A stretch of DNA of 34,038 nucleotides from Thermoplasmata archaeon. Lineage in GTDB: Archaea > Thermoplasmatota > E2 > UBA202 > JdFR-43. Location: the NCBI GenBank assembly GCA_008297865.1, contig VBQI01000001.1, positions 1 through 34,038 of the forward strand, read 5' to 3'. Shown piece by piece: positions 8,873 to 14,384 of the stretch. The notes below the pieces were generated by a model that was given only the letters and a program-made list of their open reading frames with translations, was not told the origin of the DNA and did not search any database. Every line of letters begins with the position of its first letter. Position 1 is the first letter of the stretch. The translations under genes and the position numbers were made by a program.

Positions 8873-9615
8873 TCTGGTCTCCTCCTTTTCATTTCTTCAT
8901 AATCAATTGGTTTAACTTTTGGTGGATAAGAGGAATAAACATTTATTGTATTTAGCCCGTGAAAATGTTCCTCTACATCAAAAATTTCCCCCTTGCTTAA
9001 AGGCGGAACAGGTGATTTCCTTAGAGGTGTATTAATCTGCACATCATCTGGCTTAATTTCTCTTGCCAAATCAGCCATTTCTTCTGCATATTTTTTATTT
9101 TCTTTAACAAACATCATTTGGAGGGAAAATTTCTTTGCCTTTTTCCTCACCTCCTTGATACCTTCAATCATTTCATCAAATTTTATTTTTTCATGCGGTC
9201 TGTTAATTTTCTCAAAAATTTTTTTGTCTGGAGCATCAAGCTTCGCAACAATCCAGTCAATTTTTAATAAATCTTCCATAACATCTTCCCTGCTAAAAAG
9301 AGATGAATTTGTTAAAATAGCAATAGGCAATCCAAATTTTCTTGCATAGTCTGCAGAAAATCCCAAATTTCTTGCCAGGGTTGGCTCTCCTAAGCCAGAA
9401 AAGGTAATAACATCTGCTTCTATTTCATGAATGTTATCTAACTCTTTTTTTACTTGACTATTCTCAACAAATATTTTTCTTTCAATCGTCTTATGTTCTG
9501 TTCTGCCAAGCTGGCAGTAAATGCAATCAAATGAGCAGAATTTATCCACGCTTATTAAATCGATGCCAAGCGATTTACCTAGACGCCAAGAAGCAACAGG
9601 GCCATAAACAATCAT
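8869..9615 (-). CDS. Radical SAM protein (short, no SPASM-type extra Cys cluster)
   Basis: 'YGPVASWRLGKSLGIDLISVDKFCSFDCIYCQ' contains the CxxxCxxC motif. 248 aa. ATGA overlaps with both flanking MinD-like genes. Confidence 0.8.
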   Translation of the reverse strand: MIVYGPVASWRLGKSLGIDLISVDKFCSFDCIYCQLGRTEHKTIERKIFVENSQVKKELDNIHEIEADVITFSGLGEPTLARNLGFSADYARKFGLPIAILTNSSLFSREDVMEDLLKIDWIVAKLDAPDKKIFEKINRPHEKIKFDEMIEGIKEVRKKAKKFSLQMMFVKENKKYAEEMADLAREIKPDDVQINTPLRKSPVPPLSKGEIFDVEEHFHGLNTINVYSSYPPKVKPIDYEEMKRRRPE

Positions 9616-10427
9616 TTTATTGCCTCATACATTTCAATGAAATTCCTCTTCCATTCTTTCATTTCTTTTACAAATGGAATGCCAGCTGAATACAACTCTG
9701 CAATTTTTCTGCTGTAGGGAATTTTCATTAAAATTTCTATACCATCTTCCTTGCAGTATTTTTCAACGCCCTCATCTCCTATACCATATCTATTTATGAT
9801 CACACCAAATGGAATTTCAAGCTTTCTCACTATATTTATAGCTATTTTCAAATCATGTAGTCCAAAGGGTGTTGGCTCAGTAACTAATATAACGAAATCT
9901 GCTCCATGCATTGCTTCTATTGCAGGACATCCATTGCCAGGAGGTGCATCTAAAATTGATGTGTTTTGCTTATTCACATAACTCTTAAGTTTGGTTATGA
10001 TAGGCACCGCTCTGGCTTCTCCAATGTTTAGAATGCCTTGGTATATTTCCACTTCATTTTTTCCGTGATATATCTCTCCTATTTTCTTTTTTCCTTCTGT
10101 TATTGCATCATGCTCGCAAACTATTTTGCACCCTCCACATCCTGAGCATAATTCAGGAAAGAAAAGAATGTCAGAAGGAAGAACAGCTATCGCGTTATAT
10201 GCACAAAATTCAGCACATTTCTTGCAAAAAGTACACTTATTTAAGTCAAAAGAAGGATTCATTAAAAAAACGTCTTCTATTTTCTGCAGATTTGCCTTTA
10301 TAAAAATATTTGCATTCGGCTCTTCAACATCGCAATCATAAAGTTTGGCATCAGTGGCTAAAGCTAAATTTACCGCAACCGTTGTCTTGCCCGTGCCTCC
10401 CTTTCCAGATGCAACCGTAATTATCAT
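9612..10427 (-). CDS. MinD/ParA-superfamily P-loop ATPase with inserted 2x[4Fe-4S] ferredoxin motifs (COG1149-like), paralog 2
   Basis: 'ASGKGGTGKTT'. 'CTFCKKCAEFCAYNAI' and 'CSGCGGCKIVCEHDAI'. Confidence 0.85.
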   Translation of the reverse strand: MIITVASGKGGTGKTTVAVNLALATDAKLYDCDVEEPNANIFIKANLQKIEDVFLMNPSFDLNKCTFCKKCAEFCAYNAIAVLPSDILFFPELCSGCGGCKIVCEHDAITEGKKKIGEIYHGKNEVEIYQGILNIGEARAVPIITKLKSYVNKQNTSILDAPPGNGCPAIEAMHGADFVILVTEPTPFGLHDLKIAINIVRKLEIPFGVIINRYGIGDEGVEKYCKEDGIEILMKIPYSRKIAELYSAGIPFVKEMKEWKRNFIEMYEAIK

Positions 10428-11302
10428 GTATTCACCTTCAAAACAAGTTTACCTACCTCAGCATTTATATCCCGTGCAACCAAAGGACATTTAACCACAA
10501 GCAAGAAAAATACCTCTCTCTCACTATCACTCAGGGCTTCATAATTTCCCTGCCCCTTCGCAATAACCATATCTGCTGATCTAAAACACTCTAAAAACTC
10601 CTTAGATGCAAATTTCAGCAGTATACCAGGTGCAGAAATATCTTGACCAGCATCTCCAGCTATAACTTCTGCAATTTTGTCAATACCAGCCATTTTAGCA
10701 TCGTGAACAGTTGCATCATTAATTATTGGGTTTGCTCTGACAACGTAGATTATCTGTTTTTTTCGGCTTACAAGTTCTTCCAGCAATACCTTATCAAAAA
10801 ATATCTCTCCCGCATTATCTGCAAGATAGAGAATGGTTTTGGATTTATCTAAAACTTCTTTAAATTGTGGATATGCATCAGCAATGAAATCTGTTTCTAT
10901 TGCTTTGTCGATCATATCGTTAACATTGAAGCGGTTAGCAGCCCCAAAATCGATGACATTTCCTATTATAGCAAGCTTAATGGCTATGAGTAAAGAATCA
11001 TCTGCATTCTTAACAAGTTCTTTAAGACGGGGATACAGTTTCTCTGCCATTGCATTTGATTGCTCTTTAACCTTTTTGTAAGGATCTTTACACTTGGTTA
11101 TTCTCCTAATGTGCTCATGCACCTCTCGTGATATTTCTGGAGGCGGATTCTCAAAGGATATATTCTGGAGATATTTCATAACTTCTTTGACAACCTGTGC
11201 ATGAATGGCTTGATCATCAGTTGTCATACGGGCAGCTTCCAGTGATTGTTTAAGAAAACAAGGTATACAATCCAGATAGGTCTTCATGGCGTCACCATTC
11301 AA
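10424..11302 (-). CDS. DUF89 (ARMT1-like damage-control phosphatase) family protein
   Basis: N-terminal 'YLDCIPCFLKQSLEAARM', plus 'LADNAGEIFFDKVLLEEL' and 'VIAKGQGNYEAL', all typical of DUF89. Confidence 0.75.
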   Translation of the reverse strand: MNGDAMKTYLDCIPCFLKQSLEAARMTTDDQAIHAQVVKEVMKYLQNISFENPPPEISREVHEHIRRITKCKDPYKKVKEQSNAMAEKLYPRLKELVKNADDSLLIAIKLAIIGNVIDFGAANRFNVNDMIDKAIETDFIADAYPQFKEVLDKSKTILYLADNAGEIFFDKVLLEELVSRKKQIIYVVRANPIINDATVHDAKMAGIDKIAEVIAGDAGQDISAPGILLKFASKEFLECFRSADMVIAKGQGNYEALSDSEREVFFLLVVKCPLVARDINAEVGKLVLKVNT

Positions 11303-11683
11303 TTAAATATGATGATGTCTGTCCCTAAACGCATGCTCTCCACAAGCATCACTTATGGAAGCATTCTTTAATTCTCCTCTCATGAAAGCATCTAGTGCAT
11401 CTCTAACAGTGCCAGTTGCGCCAATGTATACTTCTATACCAAAATCTTGGAACATGTTTATTGCTCTTCTTCCAAGACCCCTGCATATCATCACCTTTAC
11501 ACCTTCTCTTGCAAGTAATTCAGGCGGATATCCCTGCCCACCCATGTGGTGGCTTGTATTGGGCACAACTCTCAACTCTTTTGTTTCAAGGTCAATGATG
11601 GTGTATGTTGGCACTCTCCCAAAATGCTCCCCAATTTGTTCATCCAAGCCTTTATTACCAAGGGTGGGAAAGGCTATCTTCAT
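11303..11683 (-). CDS. NifX/NifB-like iron-molybdenum-cofactor-binding domain protein (COG1433-like)
   Basis: 'MKIAFPT...[15 protein letters not shown]...[15 protein letters not shown]'. The ATG at 11683 makes an ATGA overlap with the upstream stop; the track start at 11707 overlaps the upstream ORF. Confidence 0.8.
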   Translation of the reverse strand: MKIAFPTLGNKGLDEQIGEHFGRVPTYTIIDLETKELRVVPNTSHHMGGQGYPPELLAREGVKVMICRGLGRRAINMFQDFGIEVYIGATGTVRDALDAFMRGELKNASISDACGEHAFRDRHHHI

Positions 11684-11865
11684 GCCCTCACCATGGGCAT
11701 ACCACACCTAGGACATCTCATCTGGCGGCAAGGTATGCCAGGAGTATGGGGCATTCTGTAGCCGCAGCTGGGGCATACACATTCTCCTACAGGACCTGCT
11801 CCTGCTCTGCCTCCTGCCCCTCTGCCTTTTCCCATGCCTGCTCCTCTTCCTGCTCCCATTCCCAT
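11680..11865 (-). CDS. Mini-protein: Gly/Arg/Met-rich N-terminus plus CxCxxC...CxxC zinc-ribbon
   Basis: 61 aa: [61 protein letters not shown]. The ATG directly follows the upstream TAA, and there is an ATGA overlap downstream. Confidence 0.6.
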   Translation of the reverse strand: MGMGAGRGAGMGKGRGAGGRAGAGPVGECVCPSCGYRMPHTPGIPCRQMRCPRCGMPMVRA

Positions 11866-12111
11866 TTAATCACCTTCCATTCTTTCAATCCATTCTTTCG
11901 TGCCTAGTAGCATGCTTTCCATCATTTTCAGTTGATCCATAATCATCATTAGCTCCACTTCTTCTGGTATTGGCTGAAATGGTTGCATTTGCATTGGCGG
12001 AGAAAGCTTTTTACTTTCTTTTCCTCCAACCAATTCAATAGCTCCTTGTGGGCATACATTAATGCATAATCCACAGCCAATACATCTTTCTTCTATAATT
12101 CTCGCCTTCAT
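11866..12111 (-). CDS. Single-motif [4Fe-4S] 'half-ferredoxin' with Pro/Met-rich linker and amphipathic helical tail
   Basis: 'CIGCGLCINVCPQGAI' is followed by 'SPPMQMQPFQPIPEEVELMMIMDQLKMMESML'. ATGA overlap with the upstream gene. Confidence 0.7.
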   Translation of the reverse strand: MKARIIEERCIGCGLCINVCPQGAIELVGGKESKKLSPPMQMQPFQPIPEEVELMMIMDQLKMMESMLLGTKEWIERMEGD

Positions 12112-12701
12112 TCTTTTAGCTCCTCCAACCTCTTTTTGATGGCAGATAGTAAGTCTTCGATGCGCTTTATCTCCTCTTCAATCATCTTTAGCTCTTCTTC
12201 TTTGCTCATTTGCATCGGCATTGGCGGAGAAGGCCATGAGGGATAGTATGGCGGATAAGATGGCGGAGGGTATGACGGCGATGGTGTTGTTGGATATGGA
12301 GGTTGTGGGTAGGGTTGCGTTGGTTGAGGAGGAGCAGAAGCAATGCTACCTCTTAACTCTCCTTTTAAGTATTTTTCTACAGCATCTTTTACCTTTCCTT
12401 GAGCTACCACCATTTCTACGCCAGCTTGCTGAAGAATTGCTGTAACATTAGGCCCAAAATTTCCTGCTATAACTGCTTTTGCTCTCTGGCTAACGATCCA
12501 TTGCCCCGTCTGTATGCCAGCCCCATGAACTGCAGAGGTAAATTGATTGGGCGTAACTTCGACATTTTTTATTTCATTTCCTTCTACTTCCACTATTGTA
12601 AATGTTTGACATCTTCCAAACACTGGAGAGACATCATCTTCCAAACCACCTTTATTAGTTGCTACTATTATTTTCATTTTATCTCCTCCTATTATTTTCA
12701 T
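12108..12701 (-). CDS. NifX-like (COG1433-type) domain + Pro/Tyr-rich linker + coiled-coil (DUF5320-like) tail
   Basis: 'MKIIVATNKGGLEDDVSPVFGRCQTFTIVEV...AVIAGNFGPNV', then 'PPQPTQPYPQPPYPTTPSPSYPPPSYPPYYPSWPSPPMPMQM', then 'EEELKMIEEEIKRIEDLLSAIKKRLEELKE'. Two in-frame ATGs (12701 and 12677) were created by a 24-bp tandem duplication; 12677 is probably the ancestral start. Confidence 0.75.
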   Translation of the reverse strand: MKIIGGDKMKIIVATNKGGLEDDVSPVFGRCQTFTIVEVEGNEIKNVEVTPNQFTSAVHGAGIQTGQWIVSQRAKAVIAGNFGPNVTAILQQAGVEMVVAQGKVKDAVEKYLKGELRGSIASAPPQPTQPYPQPPYPTTPSPSYPPPSYPPYYPSWPSPPMPMQMSKEEELKMIEEEIKRIEDLLSAIKKRLEELKE

Positions 12702-12714
12702 TTTATCTCCTCCT
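12667..12714. repeat. Perfect 24-bp tandem duplication covering SD + start codon of the NifX-like gene
   Basis: 'attattttcattttatctcctcct' at 12667-12690 and 12691-12714. On the minus strand this reads AGGAGGAGATAAAATGAAAATAAT twice. Confidence 0.9.
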
Positions 12715-12855
12715 TAACTGCTCAAGCCTTTTATTTATTTCTGCCAGCCTTGCCTCCAGCATCGCCTTCTCTTGTTCAAGCATCGCCATTTCTAACTCTG
12801 GCGGCATGAAAGGCGGCATGTATGGCATCCAAGGCATGAAATATGGCCAGTACAT
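12703..12855 (-). CDS. 50-aa mini-protein: aromatic/Pro/Met-rich N-terminus + coiled-coil (DUF5320-like) tail
   Basis: Hand-translated; too short for the ORF track. Sequence: MYWPYFMPWMPYMPPFMPPELEMAMLEQEKAMLEARLAEINKRLEQLRRR*. GGGTGA SD-like motif 6 nt upstream of the ATG. Same strand as the operon. Confidence 0.55.
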   Translation of the reverse strand: MYWPYFMPWMPYMPPFMPPELEMAMLEQEKAMLEARLAEINKRLEQLRRR

Positions 12856-12907
12856 TTTTTCACCCTAATAAATTTTAAGGAAAGAGGGAAGCTTGCTTGT
12901 TATACGG

Positions 12908-13117
12908 TTACCACCATGGATAGTAGTATGGGTACCAGTAATAGCTGTAATATGGGTACATCCAGGGCATATAACTATAGTATTGATAGTAGTATGGGTA
13001 CCAGTAATAGCTGTAATATGGGTACATCCAGGGCATATAACTATAGTATTGATAGTAAAGCCATGGCATTATGTATGGCATCATCAGCCATCCATATGGT
13101 CCCATGCCAAACGGCAT
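12908..13117 (-). CDS. 69-aa Tyr/Trp/Pro/Met-rich mini-protein with no charged residues
   Basis: MPFGMGPYGWLMMPYIMPWL(YYQYYSYMPWMYPYYSYYWYPY)x2 YYPWW. By my count 28 Tyr, 11 Pro, 9 Met, 8 Trp, and no D/E/K/R/H. GGAGGTGG SD upstream of the ATG. Operon strand. Confidence 0.55.
   Translation of the reverse strand: MPFGMGPYGWLMMPYIMPWLYYQYYSYMPWMYPYYSYYWYPYYYQYYSYMPWMYPYYSYYWYPYYYPWW
12919..13050. repeat. Perfect 66-bp tandem direct repeat (2 copies plus a 7-nt start of a third) inside the Tyr-rich mini-ORF
   Basis: 'gatagtagtatgggtaccagtaatagctgtaatatgggtacatccagggcatataactatagtatt' starts at 12919 and again at 12985. 'gatagta' recurs at 13051. Confidence 0.9.
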
Positions 13118-13120
13118 TTA

Positions 13121-13333
13121 TTACCACCTCCATGGCATGTAATATGGATAGCTATACATTGGCCAATATGGCATGCGCCACCATCCTCTTGGTAGCCATG
13201 GAAATCGCCTGCAGAATGGATATGGGTTTCCTCTGCCCCATCCTGGCCACCCTGACCATGCTGACCATCCGTAACCAGGCCATCCATAACCATACCATCC
13301 AGCACGCCATCCAAATCCTCTTCCCCAAGGCAT
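13121..13333 (-). CDS. 70-aa Trp/Gly/Arg/Pro/Tyr-rich basic mini-protein (N-terminus reminiscent of DUF5320)
   Basis: MPWGRGFGWRAGWYGYGWPGYGWSAWSGWPGWGRGNPYPFCRRFPWLPRGWWRMPYWPMYSYPYYMPWRW. By my count 14 Trp, 13 Gly, 8 Arg, and no acidic residue. GGTGAT SD 4 nt upstream. It ends in a double stop (TAATAA) immediately before the next ATG. Confidence 0.55.
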   Translation of the reverse strand: MPWGRGFGWRAGWYGYGWPGYGWSAWSGWPGWGRGNPYPFCRRFPWLPRGWWRMPYWPMYSYPYYMPWRW

Positions 13334-13414
13334 TTTATCACCTGATGGAATATATAGTAAGAAATATATAAAAATTTCGCCAAACTTTTATATAATTTTT
13401 TCTATATAAGCATA
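13334..13414. promoter_or_regulatory. Divergent promoter region between the mini-protein operon and the DUF134 gene
   Basis: 81-bp AT-rich spacer with several TATA-like boxes: TATATAG 13351-13357, ATATATAAAAATTT ~13365-13378, TTTTATATAA ~13386-13395 and CTATATAAG 13401-13409. The last two lie about 6-29 nt upstream of the + strand ATG. The reverse complement AAATTTTTATATAT faces the minus-strand operon. Confidence 0.4.
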
Positions 13415-13705
13415 ATGCCAGGGAGGAGAAGATGCAGAAGATGGGTTGAAATGCTACCTTCTGCAAGCGTTTTCATTCCCAATATTCCATATAATGGCGT
13501 AGTTTTTTTGCGTATAGAAGAATTTGAAGCTTTTCGCCTTGTGGATTATCTTGGTTTAACTCAGCATGAAGCAGCAGCACAAATGGGTATATCTCAGAAA
13601 GCATTATGGAATGATTTAAAAAATGCGCATTTTAAAATTGCGGATGCCATCATAAATGGAAAGGCAATAAGAATAGAAGGAGGAAATTATGCACTTATAA
13701 GATAA
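13415..13705 (+). CDS. DUF134 (UPF0251) family HTH protein, putative transcriptional regulator
   Basis: 'MPGRRRCRRW...' and 'LRIEEFEAFRLVDYLGLTQHEAAAQMGISQKALWNDLKNAHFKIADAIINGKAIRIEGG' match my recollection of the DUF134 consensus (sigma-70 region 4-like HTH). Confidence 0.8.
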   Translation: MPGRRRCRRWVEMLPSASVFIPNIPYNGVVFLRIEEFEAFRLVDYLGLTQHEAAAQMGISQKALWNDLKNAHFKIADAIINGKAIRIEGGNYALIR

Positions 13706-13724
13706 TGAAAAGAATAACGATGCG

Positions 13725-14258
13725 TCATCCCTCATCAATTTCTATCTCAGTATATTCTTCTAAAAGGCTTATGGCTTCTGCTGTCAACTCCTTTATTTTT
13801 TCTGCTGCTTCCTTGATGGAGTCACGGTCATTAATATCCATTGCTCTGATGTGCAGGAATATGCCAAGCTCCCAGCAATAGAAAATCATTTCAGCTTGGC
13901 TTGCATCTGAATTCACATCTTGGATTTTCTTTATCGGATTGAGGAGCATGAGCGAGATGAAACTTGTGGCGCTAGCTCCGCCAAAACCAAGTCCTTCAAC
14001 TATCTTTAGCCAGTCATTGTTTGCAGGAAGAGCAGTCAGCAATGCAATCGTGAGAAAGAATAACCCGACTGCAAAAATTGCAATTGAAAAAATATAAATG
14101 ATGTATTTCGCTTTTCTTAGCTCTCTACAGAATTTTCTAATTTTCTCTTTCAAAATAGGCATTTCCTCCATCAATATTTTCATGATAATGCTATTAAGCT
14201 GTAAATTAGCTCTATCTCTATCAAATTTTTCTATCATCCTGTCTAATTTTTTTATCAT
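13725..14258 (-). CDS. Hypothetical membrane protein with helical/coiled flanks
   Basis: 177-aa ORF. Central TM segments (YIIYIFSIAIFAVGLFFLTIALLTAL; GLGFGGASATSFISLMLL). No recognised family. Confidence 0.5.
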   Translation of the reverse strand: MIKKLDRMIEKFDRDRANLQLNSIIMKILMEEMPILKEKIRKFCRELRKAKYIIYIFSIAIFAVGLFFLTIALLTALPANNDWLKIVEGLGFGGASATSFISLMLLNPIKKIQDVNSDASQAEMIFYCWELGIFLHIRAMDINDRDSIKEAAEKIKELTAEAISLLEEYTEIEIDEG

Positions 14259-14384
14259 ATTTTTTATTTTCCATTTTCAAAAGAATAATGGAATCTCTCT
14301 CCATGCGTTTTGCATTTATAAACCAATTTCGCCATGAGAAATAAATTCAGTAATTTTTTTATTTTTGATGTGCTTCACTAGGAT

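Noticed and set aside
11303-12701. Nitrogen-fixation (nif) gene cluster
   Set aside because: The NifX/NifB-like domains are stand-alone COG1433-type domains. No nifH, nifD, nifK, nifE or nifN is present, and the radical SAM protein is too short to be NifB. The nif label would be misleading.
12919-13050. Possible CRISPR array or other spacer-repeat structure
   Set aside because: There are only two identical 66-bp units in direct tandem with no spacers, and they lie inside an ORF. No cas genes are in the window.
12893-13371. Plus-strand ORFs 12893..13195 (Val/Ile/Trp/His-rich) and 12916..13371 (Ser/Met/Asn-rich) overlapping the aromatic mini-ORFs
   Set aside because: The repeat and low-complexity DNA leaves all frames open. 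The plus-strand ORFs lack SD motifs and run against a 15-gene minus-strand operon. Each of the three minus-strand ORFs has an SD-like motif at the right spacing. Coding potential on either strand still needs comparative proof.
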